Positions 30,122-40,202 of a stretch of DNA of 64,000 nt are shown piece after piece. The notes under the pieces were generated by a model. That model made no database searches. It had not been told where the DNA came from and saw nothing but the letters and a program-made list of their open reading frames with translations. The DNA comes from Bdellovibrionales bacterium. Lineage in GTDB: Bacteria; Bdellovibrionota; Bdellovibrionia; Bdellovibrionales; UBA1609. Numbering within the stretch: position 1 is the stretch's first letter; every line of letters starts with the position of its first letter. The stretch is taken from positions 1,216,001 to 1,280,000 of the forward strand of contig OZ241329.1 of NCBI GenBank assembly GCA_965199825.1, in the 5' to 3' direction. The position numbers and the translations under genes were made by a program.

Positions 30122-31730
30122 CCAATTTTTTATCCAAATATTCATCATAAGTTTCATCGCTCACCAAAAGTTGATGACGATCAAGTTCAAAAACTCGGGT
30201 GGTAATGGCTCTTAGAAAATGACGATCATGGCTGACCACCATAATGGTTCCATTAAAAGTTTTTAAGGCTTCGAGCAAAACTTCGCGAGACTGAATATCA
30301 AGGTGATTGGTGGGCTCGTCGAACACCAAAAAATTAACCGGCTTTGCCAAAATTGTGGCGAGCACCACCCGCGATTTTTCGCCACCACTTAAGATCGAAA
30401 TTTTTTTGTCGACCTCATCACCCGAAAAGCGAAAGGCACCAAGTAACGTGCGCACCATTCCAACCGAGGCATTGGGAATGCGGCTTGAGACCTCTTCGAC
30501 AATGGTGAGCTTGGGATCAAGCACATCCATCGAATTTTGCGAAAAATATCCAAGCTCAATGCTTGCACCTAAGTTGAGAACGCCTTCAGTCGGATCGGTA
30601 AAGCCCGCGATCATTTTAAGAAGAGTCGATTTTCCAGCACCGTTGACTCCGACCACCGCCACTCGATCAAGCCGCTTGACGAGGGCTGTTGCTCCTTGAA
30701 ACACCAACTTTTCATTTTCATCGGTGGACCAAACTTTTTTGAGGTTTTCAAATTTGACCACCTCATCACCCCCGCGTGGGGGCTCGGGCCAAACAAATTG
30801 CATCGTTTTTTCTTCAGTAGGAATTTCGATGCGATCAATTTTTTCTAATTTTTTAACACGCGATTGAACCTGTGCTGCGTGCGAGGCGCGGGCGGCAAAG
30901 CGCGAGATAAATTCTTCTTCTTTCGCAAGCATATCGTCTTGTCGTTTTGCCGCCGAAATCAATTGCTCGCGCCGCACCTGGCGCTCGCGCACGTAGTAAT
31001 CATAATTGCCAGAGTAAACCGTAATCGTGCCATGACTGAGCTCAACAATTTTGTTGACCAAACGATTCATAAATTCGCGATCATGACTCGTCATCAGGAG
31101 CGCGCCCTTGTAAGCCCGAATCCAAGTCTCAAGCCAAAGGATCGATTCAAGATCGAGATGGTTTGTGGGCTCATCCATCAAAAGGACATCAGGGTTAAGC
31201 GCCAAAATTTTTGCCAGAGCAATTCGCATTTTCCAACCGCCACTAAAACTTTCGGTGGGGCGGTGATAATCGTCGGGACCAATTCCTAATCCAGTGAGGA
31301 TCTCGGCCACACGCGATTCAAGATCATAACCGCCCAGTCGCTCAAACTCTTCTTGAAGTTCTCCGTATTGATCAATGGCCTTAGTCATCTCTATTTCAGA
31401 AAGTTCGGTCGCCAGCTTTTGTTCGACATCGCGAAGTCGGGTTGAAACTTCGGCAATACGACCAGCTGCCGACTTGACCTCTTCAAAAGCACTTCGGCCC
31501 CTAAGGTCTTCGATATTTTGGGCAAAGTAACCCACCGTGATGCGATCGGGTTTGGTGACTTGACCTTCATCAACGGTTTGCTCGCCAGTAATCAATCGAA
31601 AGATCGTGGTTTTACCCGCGCCATTTGGACCAACCAGCCCAATTTTTTCGCCCGTGTTGATCTGAAACGACCCGTTTTTAAAAAGCAGTTTGTTGCCGTA
31701 GTGTTTGCTAATGTTGGAGAGATGAATCAT
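30105..31730 (-). CDS. ABC-F family ATP-binding protein
   Basis: Two NBDs (GPNGAGKT, FSGGW, DEPTNHLD; GVNGAGKS, LSGGE) and no TM segments. Confidence 0.93.
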   Translation of the reverse strand: MIHLSNISKHYGNKLLFKNGSFQINTGEKIGLVGPNGAGKTTIFRLITGEQTVDEGQVTKPDRITVGYFAQNIEDLRGRSAFEEVKSAAGRIAEVSTRLRDVEQKLATELSEIEMTKAIDQYGELQEEFERLGGYDLESRVAEILTGLGIGPDDYHRPTESFSGGWKMRIALAKILALNPDVLLMDEPTNHLDLESILWLETWIRAYKGALLMTSHDREFMNRLVNKIVELSHGTITVYSGNYDYYVRERQVRREQLISAAKRQDDMLAKEEEFISRFAARASHAAQVQSRVKKLEKIDRIEIPTEEKTMQFVWPEPPRGGDEVVKFENLKKVWSTDENEKLVFQGATALVKRLDRVAVVGVNGAGKSTLLKMIAGFTDPTEGVLNLGASIELGYFSQNSMDVLDPKLTIVEEVSSRIPNASVGMVRTLLGAFRFSGDEVDKKISILSGGEKSRVVLATILAKPVNFLVFDEPTNHLDIQSREVLLEALKTFNGTIMVVSHDRHFLRAITTRVFELDRHQLLVSDETYDEYLDKKLASPNT

Positions 31731-31895
31731 GTGAGCTTTTATCTCGAAAAGTGGGTGTGGGTGCAATCTTATTTTAATATAAATAAAATATGTTTTTGTA
31801 GTTGGGGGTGGGCTGGCAACTTTGTTTCAGCAGTCGACTCTCCAAAATTTGGTATTGGTGTTTTCAGCGGGCACGATCAGTATTTCACCTCAACC

Positions 31896-32723
31896 TTAGT
31901 GCATCTGCCTTTCCATTTGATGGTGGGCACGATGATGTCCTGAGCAAAGCAAAGTCAGATTTTCAATAGCATCTGTGCCACCTTCCGATTTTGGAATCAA
32001 ATGATGAATGTCGAGATGTCGCTGCTGTGAACAACGTTGACCATCGTCATTGATATGTGTGCATTGGCTCTGGTGATTGTGATGAACTTTGCGCTTTTTA
32101 ATAGTGGATAGATTTTCAGTTTTTGAAGGCGGGCACGATTTCTTGAGTGGATCTATTTTTTGTAAAAGCGTTTTGACCGCCGAGACACAAACGTCATTGA
32201 TTGTTGCGGATCGACCCAACTTTTGACTCATCAAATCTTTTGCTCTTTCGAGCTCGTTAAATTCATCTCCGCTGACTGAATATGAAACTTGCACCCTCAC
32301 TGTTACACCTGCTTTACAATATCGTGCCCGCTCAGGAATTGCTTTTTCGGGTTGAGCTTTTGCAATCGCTTTTTCGAGGTTTCGTTTTGTACCCTGTGCG
32401 ATGGGTAACCACTCTGCTGCATTTTCTGGGGTCTAAACACTACATACTCGATTGCCTTTTGAAATCGATATTTCGCCCGAAGCGATTTGGGTTTTCAACT
32501 CAGGAACTTCGATGAATTTTTTTGCCAGTTTATTGAAAATGCTCGCAAGTTCTTCAGAAAGTTTGAGGTGTTTGGTTGAATACTCGAATAGTGAGCGGCA
32601 GCCAAATTGGGAGTAGGTTTTGTTTCGCCATACAATTTCTAAAGCACTAAGTAATTCGATTTCTGTTTTACGGTGATTGGCAGCGGCTGACACTGCCTGG
32701 GAATGTATTTTAGAATGGTCCAT
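31896..32723 (-). pseudogene. HNH endonuclease (DUF222/13E12-like N-terminus), interrupted by one in-frame TAG
   Basis: ORFs 32433-32723 and 31896-32300 are in the same frame; reading through TAG 32433-32435 gives SV*TPENAAEWLPIAQGTKRNLEK, colinear with paralog 53559-54380. Confidence 0.85.
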
Positions 32724-32978
32724 AAACTTCTCCTGTTTAAATGAAAGTTATATCACGGGTTTTTCAATTCATTTTTTTATAGGGAATCAACCTGCTTTTA
32801 ATTTCGTTAGTTTGAGGGGTTTTTTTGTTATGGCGCGAGTCGGTGAAGCCGGCGCAGCTTTAAAAATGTCCAATTCAATGCTGGGCAAACAAGTGCTGCT
32901 CTTGACGATGCAAAAAGGTGTCAACAATTTTTTGGCAAAAAATTAACTCGTATTGTACCATCGCTCACCTTTGAGTTC

Positions 32979-33066
32979 GCGGGCACGACAAATCTCTTCC
33001 GAAATAATTAACCTAAACCAGTCATAACACCGCCGGAGGTTTCGCGAAATGCAAGCGGGCACGACA
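32979..33066 (-). repeat. Two TGTCGTGCCCGC motif copies upstream of the HNH pseudogene
   Basis: gcgggcacgaca at 32979-32990 and 33055-33066; same motif and same gene-relative orientation as the 52841-53323 array. Confidence 0.8.
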
Positions 33067-33223
33067 ATTCACGCCTACTTCACGAACCCCCGCCCAATCC
33101 CGTCACCCCCCTCTGCCAAAAATAGGCCCACAACTTGTAAATCCTATCTTAAATCGCAAATGAGGCGGCCCTGGCTTTGCTCAATAGACTAGTGGGTAAC
33201 TAAATTTCATTGAGGGGTAGATA

Positions 33224-34807
33224 ATGAAAGCATTCCGTTTCGGCGGGGCTTTAATAGCTTCGGTAGTATTTGTAGCATGTTCGAGCGGCGGGAGCGGCGG
33301 ATCTAAGCCACCACCCATTCGCGACGGCGCATTTCAATGTCCAGTTGGCGAAGACTGTACTCGACGCCCACAGCGACCACTGGCTCAGCCAACTGCACCC
33401 GTTCGTCAAGAGACGGTGCAACCCGCTCAGGTCACACAGATCACAACAGGATCTCCAGAAACCACAGCGGTAACCACCTCCACATTAAGTGAGAGCGGAA
33501 TCAGCGGCACACCCAATGGTGGCTATCATTCTGAGCCCATCGTTAACATTCCTCAGGTTGATCAATCTCGCGGTTTGCAAGCCCAAGTGCCACTCCCACG
33601 AAACGAAACTGGGGCGGCGACTGAAGGTCGAGTGTTTACCGACACCATCGATGATCCGGCTCTTTATTTTTTACGTGTGATGGCAAATAATGTTCCTAAA
33701 GACATTCTTGAAGCGAGCCATAAATTTGCCGAAGGTATTGAAGCGGTAGAAGTTTCGCTTGATGCAAACGGAAGCGACACTGCGATTATCTCATTTCGAG
33801 ACGGAGATCGTGACGTCGTTGTGCGATTGGTTGGACCAACGCATCCAGAAAAACGCAACAACGTGACCTTTTTGGTGGCTGAGCTTTCGCAGCAAGAACA
33901 GGCCGCATCGACCGGAGCACCTTATGACGGAAAAATTTCGGCAACCGCAACTTGTATTGATGCAGGCAATAGCTGTCAGCACCAAATTTTGACCATTCGT
34001 GAATTGAAGCGAGGTCCAAAAGGCTTAGAGCCATGTAAGATTGCTTATGTGATTGCACGATCTTTTGATGCGCATATTCGCTTAGCAGCCATCGATACGG
34101 TTCGACCAGAAAGTCAGCCCAATGCCAATTACGCCAAGGTCATGACTTATTTGAATAACACTGTGAAATGTTCGAACGCTCGCCGAGGCGAAGGCCCATG
34201 GACATTATGTAAACCACCCGCATCCTCAACCATTGGTTTGGCTTCATGGAGCGTTGCATTTGGTGCATCCGCATTTGATCTGACTCTTGAAGAAGACGCG
34301 GGCACAAATCAACCCATCGTTGATGTCACTCGTCTTTCGGGATTGTTAACATCTCCTGGAGGCAACGTTGAATCGGGTCCAAGTACTCGTCGATTGAGAG
34401 TTGAAGGTGGCCAGAAAAATATTAATTACGGCAACGATCGCACTCTTTATCAACTTAAAGAACGCACCGGAAAATATGTTTCGGCAATTCAGTTTGCACA
34501 GTTGACCAAAAATAATGGACGCGGTCGGCTGAGCATCAATCTCAACTTTGGTTACAATGCCTCAGCTGAATTTGATGTGTTTCCTCTCGCATTCCCAACA
34601 ATGACAATGGAGCAACTCAAAAACTTGGTGCAGCCCGATCAAGCGCAGGCCCCAGCCGCAGCGCCTGCTCCAGCTCACCAGTCTGCAAATCAGTGTGAGA
34701 GATTTTTTAGCGATCCAAAAAAATATGTTCGGGCTCAGGGCAATTGTTGCGATGATCTTGAGCATCTTTCTAAAGCACGGGTGAACATCTGCACCCAAGG
34801 TTCATGA
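33224..34807 (+). CDS. Large hypothetical lipoprotein
   Basis: Lipobox FVAC-SSGGSGG, Pro/Thr-rich linker, Cys-rich C-terminal tail; GAGGGG RBS. Confidence 0.7.
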   Translation: MKAFRFGGALIASVVFVACSSGGSGGSKPPPIRDGAFQCPVGEDCTRRPQRPLAQPTAPVRQETVQPAQVTQITTGSPETTAVTTSTLSESGISGTPNGGYHSEPIVNIPQVDQSRGLQAQVPLPRNETGAATEGRVFTDTIDDPALYFLRVMANNVPKDILEASHKFAEGIEAVEVSLDANGSDTAIISFRDGDRDVVVRLVGPTHPEKRNNVTFLVAELSQQEQAASTGAPYDGKISATATCIDAGNSCQHQILTIRELKRGPKGLEPCKIAYVIARSFDAHIRLAAIDTVRPESQPNANYAKVMTYLNNTVKCSNARRGEGPWTLCKPPASSTIGLASWSVAFGASAFDLTLEEDAGTNQPIVDVTRLSGLLTSPGGNVESGPSTRRLRVEGGQKNINYGNDRTLYQLKERTGKYVSAIQFAQLTKNNGRGRLSINLNFGYNASAEFDVFPLAFPTMTMEQLKNLVQPDQAQAPAAAPAPAHQSANQCERFFSDPKKYVRAQGNCCDDLEHLSKARVNICTQGS

Positions 34808-34859
34808 TTAAATAAATCAGAGATTGTCACATGCGGACTTTGCATGTGACGATCCTCAA

Positions 34860-35744
34860 ATGGAAATCGAAACACCTCATCTGCGAACAAAGCCCCAACT
34901 TTCCGCCTACACAGATTTTCGCAAATACTTAAAAGATTTTTTTGATCACAAAGTCTATGAGACCCGCAAAGATCGCAGGCCCTATAACTATTCGCAGTTT
35001 TCGGTTGCTGCCGAAATCAAATCTCCCGCTTACTTAAAAATGATTATCGAAAATCAACGCAATCTTTCACCCGTGATGGCCCAAAAATTTGGGTATGCAC
35101 TTGGGCTTCAAAAAGAAGATATTCAAGAATTTATTTTGCTCGTGAACTACGGCCAGGCAATTGATCCGCTTGAGCGCAATCGTCATTTAAAAAAATTAAG
35201 TGAATTTCGTGTGCGCTCCCAACTCAAAAAAGGTGAGCTTGAATCTGACGTGTGGGACAAAGTGCCCTCGTGGATCACATGGGTTTTGTATGCCATGGCC
35301 GATCAAAAAAATGTTAAATTTGAGGCCGAAAATCTAAAGCAGTTGATCAAAAATAAACCCCCGTTTGATGAGATCAAAAAAAGTCTTGAACGATTGCTGT
35401 CATCCGGCGAGTTGCAGCCCAACGAACTCAATGGCGAAATGGTAAAAACACGCGAACTGATGGCGGGGGTTGAAAAAGTGCCCACAGCTCTTGTGCGTAA
35501 ACTCCAAGCCGAATTGATTTACTTGGGATTAGATTCGCTCTTTCAAGATTCGCCAACTGATCGCGAATTTGGAGCATTAACTTTTGCGCTCACCGAAGAA
35601 GAATTTGAATCCTTAAAATTTGAGCTGCGACATTTGCGTAAGCGCTTAAATAAAGATTTTGCGGTTAGTCGAAAAGCGGTCAAAGGAGATCGAGTTTTTC
35701 AACTCAACATTCAGTTATTTCCGGTGACGTATAAGGCGAGATAA
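34860..35744 (+). CDS. TIGR02147 family protein (Bdellovibrio/Fibrobacter-type HTH paralog family)
   Basis: YTDFRKYLKDFF, FSVAAEIKSPAYLKMII..RNLS, REFGALTF, VFQLNIQLFP. Confidence 0.85.
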   Translation: MEIETPHLRTKPQLSAYTDFRKYLKDFFDHKVYETRKDRRPYNYSQFSVAAEIKSPAYLKMIIENQRNLSPVMAQKFGYALGLQKEDIQEFILLVNYGQAIDPLERNRHLKKLSEFRVRSQLKKGELESDVWDKVPSWITWVLYAMADQKNVKFEAENLKQLIKNKPPFDEIKKSLERLLSSGELQPNELNGEMVKTRELMAGVEKVPTALVRKLQAELIYLGLDSLFQDSPTDREFGALTFALTEEEFESLKFELRHLRKRLNKDFAVSRKAVKGDRVFQLNIQLFPVTYKAR

Positions 35745-35845
35745 AAAACCCGTTAAGCCTTAGCGATGAACGTGAGGAACTGGCTGGTTCCGTACTTTCT
35801 TCGAGGGGGGGGGGGAAAGTGCCCATCGCTAAGACCTAACAAGTA
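35743..35845 (-). ncRNA. Candidate structured small RNA: three-way junction, C11 loop, U-tail
   Basis: Long stem 35752-35768/35824-35840 whose mismatches become G-U pairs only on the minus strand; two internal hairpins; ends GGGTTTTTT. Confidence 0.5.
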
Positions 35846-36033
35846 ACAACAAACGTACTACAGCAATGGGAATAACAGAGTTTTTGACTTCGTCGCAATC
35901 GAATATTTCACGACAATAAGGTTTGAGATAAAATTTCTAACCCGTCGAATTGTTGATCATTTTGTCTCTAATTGGCACTTAACGCCGTTGGAGTTCGACA
36001 GCTAAATTAAAACGTGCTCTAACGAATTCGACC

Positions 36034-37251
36034 ATGAAGCGAAACCCAGTTCTCATTATTTTTTTTACCGTATTTTTAGATTTGGTTGGATTTGGAATGA
36101 TCATTCCACTCAACCCTTATCTTGCGCGTGAGTTTGGTGCGGGCCCCTTTGAAGTGGGCCTCTTGATGGCGGTTTACTCACTGATGCAATTTGTTTGTTC
36201 GCCGTTTTGGGGAAAGCTCTCCGACCGCATTGGACGCAGACCTGTCATCTTGGTTTCACTTTTAGGTGTGGGACTGGCTCATTTGGCATTTTCGTTTTCG
36301 CAAACCTACACCCTTTTATTTTGCGCGCGGTTGCTCGCCGGGGGATTTGGTGGAAATATTTCGACCGCGATGGCTTACATCGCCGACGTCACTCCACAAA
36401 ATGAACGATCCAAAGGAATGGGATTGATTGGTGCGGCGTTTGGATTGGGATTTTTGGTTGGACCTTTTCTTGGTGGAGTGATGTCGATTGTTGGTTCAAA
36501 CCTTGGATCACAACCTCCGCTTGGCCCGAGCTTTCCGGCCTTGGTCGCCGCGGTTTTGTGTTTTTTAAATGTGGGCTTTGCCTATAAGTTTTTAGGTGAG
36601 AGCTTAAAAACTCGGGTGCTTAAAAAGCGTGAGCCCAGATTTTTGTTTTTGATCACCTATTTGACCAAACCCGTGATTGGTCAATTTATGATTATTTATT
36701 TTTGTGCCTCTTTAGCAATGGCGCATATGGAAGCCTCACTGTTTTTGTTTATGCAAGATCAGTTTGGTTGGAATCTGATGCGTGCAAGCTTTGGATTTGC
36801 CTATGTCGGAATCGTGATGGTTTTTACTCAAGGCTATTTGATTCGTAAACTCTTACCGATTTACGGCGAGCGAGTGCTCTTGGTATGGGGCTTAAGCTTT
36901 TCGATGGTTGGGTTTTTGGGAATTGCCCTCGCTCCAAGTATTTTGTTGATGGCTGTTGCGGTAACCTTTTTAGGTTTAGGTAATGGCTTGGCCAATCCAT
37001 CACTTTCAGGCTCGATCAGTTTATTAACTAACGAAGAGGATCAGGGCAAAGTCTTGGGTCTGAACCAAAGTCTCTCGGCTTTGGGACGAGTGATTGGGCC
37101 CGCAACCGGCGGCTTGGTTTATCAAGGTGTTTCAAGACAAGCCCCGTTTTTGGCGGCGGCCGCATTAATGTTGGTTGGTTTTGGTTTGGCCTTTCGAGTG
37201 GCAAAGGAAATTCCTGATGTTCAAAGACGACATCCTCACCCTCAATCTTGA
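36034..37251 (+). CDS. MFS transporter (TetA/DHA1-like)
   Basis: FLDLVGFGMIIP, GKLSDRIGRRP (motif A), AYIADVT..ERSKGMGLIGAAFGLGF. Confidence 0.92.
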   Translation: MKRNPVLIIFFTVFLDLVGFGMIIPLNPYLAREFGAGPFEVGLLMAVYSLMQFVCSPFWGKLSDRIGRRPVILVSLLGVGLAHLAFSFSQTYTLLFCARLLAGGFGGNISTAMAYIADVTPQNERSKGMGLIGAAFGLGFLVGPFLGGVMSIVGSNLGSQPPLGPSFPALVAAVLCFLNVGFAYKFLGESLKTRVLKKREPRFLFLITYLTKPVIGQFMIIYFCASLAMAHMEASLFLFMQDQFGWNLMRASFGFAYVGIVMVFTQGYLIRKLLPIYGERVLLVWGLSFSMVGFLGIALAPSILLMAVAVTFLGLGNGLANPSLSGSISLLTNEEDQGKVLGLNQSLSALGRVIGPATGGLVYQGVSRQAPFLAAAALMLVGFGLAFRVAKEIPDVQRRHPHPQS

Positions 37252-37501
37252 TCAGCTCGATAATTTATTTGAGCAGCGCGTGCCTTTTTTATTTATTGAT
37301 ACTTTAGGTCAGCACAAAAAAGCGCATCATATGGCCGAAAATGAAATCGCAAATTTTATCAAACAAAACAATCCAGCAGCGCATTTGCCAATTGTTCTTG
37401 CCGGAATCAGTTCGCCCAAGGTGATTCAAAAATTAATTAAACTCACCTCACACACTCACTTTTACATTTTGGAAACTGACACCTCCGACGACATCGGTTA
37501 G
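37217..37501 (+). CDS. Small hypothetical protein (possibly degenerate rhodanese-like)
   Basis: AAGGA RBS before ATG 37217; QLDNLFEQRVPFLFID; fits between the MFS gene and valS. Confidence 0.45.
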   Translation: MFKDDILTLNLDQLDNLFEQRVPFLFIDTLGQHKKAHHMAENEIANFIKQNNPAAHLPIVLAGISSPKVIQKLIKLTSHTHFYILETDTSDDIG

Positions 37502-37511
37502 GGTTTTGGGC

Positions 37512-40172
37512 ATGGATCAAATCTCAGACCGATATTCGCCAAAAGATGTAGAAGCCCGAGTGTATGCATGGTGGGAAGACAAAGGCTTTTTTGAAGCCGA
37601 AGACGTCTCGACCAAACCTCCCTATTGCATCATTCTTCCTCCCCCCAACGTGACTGGGGCCTTGCACATTGGTCATGCTCTTGATCACACCTTGCAGGAT
37701 GTTTTGATTCGCTGGAAGCGCATGTCGGGGTTTAATACTTTGTGGATTCCGGGGAGTGATCATGCAGGGATTGCAACCCAATCGGTGGTTGAGCGTGAGC
37801 TTAAAAAAACGGGACTTAAGCGCAAAGAAATGGGACGTGAAAAATTTGTAGCTGCCGTTTGGGATTGGAAAACCACCTATGGCAATCGCATTTATGAACA
37901 GATGCGGAGCCTTGGCGATTCCTGCGCGTGGAAGCGCGCGGTGTTCACTCTTGATGATGGAGTTTCAAAAGCGGTTCGACATGTTTTTGTTTCGCTCTAC
38001 AATAAAGGTTTAATTTATAAGGGCACAAAGCTGATCAATTGGTCGGTGGGATTAGAAAGTGCAATTTCAGATCTGGAAGTGGAGCATCGCGAAGTCAAAG
38101 GTTCGATCTATCATGTGCGCTACTCACCAGAAATTATTGTGGCGACCACCAGACCCGAAACATTGCTCGGTGATACCGCAGTGGCGGTTCATCCAGAAGA
38201 TGAACGTTACAAAAAATTTATTGGTCAAAAAGTAAAAGTGCCGCTGACAGATCGTTGGATTCCGATCATTGCCGATGAGACGGTGGATCGTGAATTTGGA
38301 TCAGGAGCGGTTAAAATTACTCCGGCTCATGACTTTAACGATTATCAAATGGGTCAAAGGCACAAATTGCCGATGATCAATATTCTAAATAAAGATGGCA
38401 GCCTCAATGCGGAAGCAGGGGCTTATCAAGGATTAAAAAATCCTGAAGCTCGTAAAAAAATTCTTGAAGATCTCGAAGCCCAAGAAATTTTGGTTAAGGT
38501 CGAACCTCATGCTCATTCGGTGGGTCACTGCCAACGCACAGGCACCGTGGTTGAGCCGTTTTTGAGTGAACAATGGTTTGTCAAAATGGACCAGATTTCG
38601 ATTCCGGCTCGGCGTGTGGTTGAGAGTGGAACTATTCGATTTGAGCCTGAGTCGTGGACCAAAACTTATTTGCATTGGCTCAGTATTATTCAAGATTGGT
38701 GTATCTCGCGGCAATTGTGGTGGGGGCACCGCATTCCGGCTTGGTATTGCCAAAAATGTGAAAACATTGTTGTGGCCGAGAACACTCCAAGTGTTTGTCC
38801 AAAATGTCAGAGCAAAGATTTAAAACAAGAAGAAGATGTTTTGGACACTTGGTTTTCGTCAGCACTCTGGCCATTTTCGACTATGGGTTGGCCCGAAGAT
38901 ACCGAAACCCAAAAAACTTTTTATCCAACCGATGTTTTGGTCACCGGCCACGACATTATATTTTTCTGGGTTGCGCGGATGATCACCATGGGTCTTGAGT
39001 TCAAACGAGATGTGCCATTTCGCACGGTGTATGTTCATGGCTTGATTCGTGATTCTCAAGGTCGAAAAATGTCGAAGTCGCTCAATAATTCGGTAGATCC
39101 TGTTCAGCTGATCGAAGAGTTTGGTGCCGATTCTTTGCGATTCACTTTACTTTCTCAAGTGGCTTCGGGACGCGATCTTAAATTTTCTTCGTCACGTCTT
39201 GAAGGCTATCGTAATTTTATAAATAAAATTTGGAATGCCACCCGTTTTTCTTTAAACGCTCTTAAAGATTTTTATGTTCCGAGCGAAGGTGTAAAAGCTT
39301 TGCCGCTTAAAAAAGATTTAAGCACGGCAGACCAGTGGTTGATTTCAAAACTTAGCGGTTGTGAAAAAGCGGTGGACGAAGCCTTGCATGCATTAAGATT
39401 TTCTGATGCAGCAAATGCGGTATACAGTTTTGTTTGGCACGACTTCTGTGACTGGTATCTCGAATTTAGTAAACCGGTTGTGTATGGTGAGCCGAGCGAT
39501 TCACGAACCGCAACTCAGCTTGTGCTCACACAAACTCTCAACCGCATTATGAGACTGCTCCATCCCTTTGTTCCATTTGTAACAGAAGAGTTGTTTCAAA
39601 AATTACCCATCCGAAGTGCCGCATTGATTGTTGAGACATTTCCTACCATTCGCAATGATAAGGAGTGGTTGTCGTTAGGATCGGCGGAAGCGTTGATCGA
39701 AATGGATGTGGTCAAAGAGGTGATCACCGCAATACGAAATATCCGTGGTGAAAATCGTATTAAGCCTTCTGTTAAAATTGCGACCCGACTGGTGCCTCAG
39801 AGTGAGTTGGCTGAGAAAATTTTGACTGCAAACAAAACTGCTATGATCACGTTGGCAAAACTCGAATCGTGCGAAATTGTGCAACAAACTTCGATGCAAA
39901 AATGTGCGGTCACTCCGGTTCGTTTGGGTGACATCGGGGTCGATGTGGTGATTCCGCTTGAAGGTCTTGTCGACATCAATGAGGAAATTGCGAGACTTAA
40001 AAAAGCGATCGAAAAAACTCAGGCCGAAAGTGTGGGTCTTGAGCGCCGATTGAGTGATAAAAAGTTTTTGGCCAATGCTCCAGAAGAGATTGTGCTTGAA
40101 GGGCGCGAGCAGCTTCAGACGTTTAAGAGTAAACTTGATAGTTTAGAACAAAGTTTAATGCGGTTACGCTAA
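37512..40172 (+). CDS. valS: Valine--tRNA ligase
   Basis: PPPNVTGALHIGH, DHAGIATQ, DWCISRQLWWGH, KMSKS, C-terminal coiled coil. Confidence 0.98.
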   Translation: MDQISDRYSPKDVEARVYAWWEDKGFFEAEDVSTKPPYCIILPPPNVTGALHIGHALDHTLQDVLIRWKRMSGFNTLWIPGSDHAGIATQSVVERELKKTGLKRKEMGREKFVAAVWDWKTTYGNRIYEQMRSLGDSCAWKRAVFTLDDGVSKAVRHVFVSLYNKGLIYKGTKLINWSVGLESAISDLEVEHREVKGSIYHVRYSPEIIVATTRPETLLGDTAVAVHPEDERYKKFIGQKVKVPLTDRWIPIIADETVDREFGSGAVKITPAHDFNDYQMGQRHKLPMINILNKDGSLNAEAGAYQGLKNPEARKKILEDLEAQEILVKVEPHAHSVGHCQRTGTVVEPFLSEQWFVKMDQISIPARRVVESGTIRFEPESWTKTYLHWLSIIQDWCISRQLWWGHRIPAWYCQKCENIVVAENTPSVCPKCQSKDLKQEEDVLDTWFSSALWPFSTMGWPEDTETQKTFYPTDVLVTGHDIIFFWVARMITMGLEFKRDVPFRTVYVHGLIRDSQGRKMSKSLNNSVDPVQLIEEFGADSLRFTLLSQVASGRDLKFSSSRLEGYRNFINKIWNATRFSLNALKDFYVPSEGVKALPLKKDLSTADQWLISKLSGCEKAVDEALHALRFSDAANAVYSFVWHDFCDWYLEFSKPVVYGEPSDSRTATQLVLTQTLNRIMRLLHPFVPFVTEELFQKLPIRSAALIVETFPTIRNDKEWLSLGSAEALIEMDVVKEVITAIRNIRGENRIKPSVKIATRLVPQSELAEKILTANKTAMITLAKLESCEIVQQTSMQKCAVTPVRLGDIGVDVVIPLEGLVDINEEIARLKKAIEKTQAESVGLERRLSDKKFLANAPEEIVLEGREQLQTFKSKLDSLEQSLMRLR

Positions 40173-40202
40173 CAAATTCATAAAAACTATGGCCCAATTA
40201 TA

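Noticed and set aside
31896..32723. Two separate genes, a programmed frameshift or pyrrolysine recoding
   Set aside because: Both parts are in the same frame with one TAG, other genes here use TAG as stop, and no pyl genes are seen.
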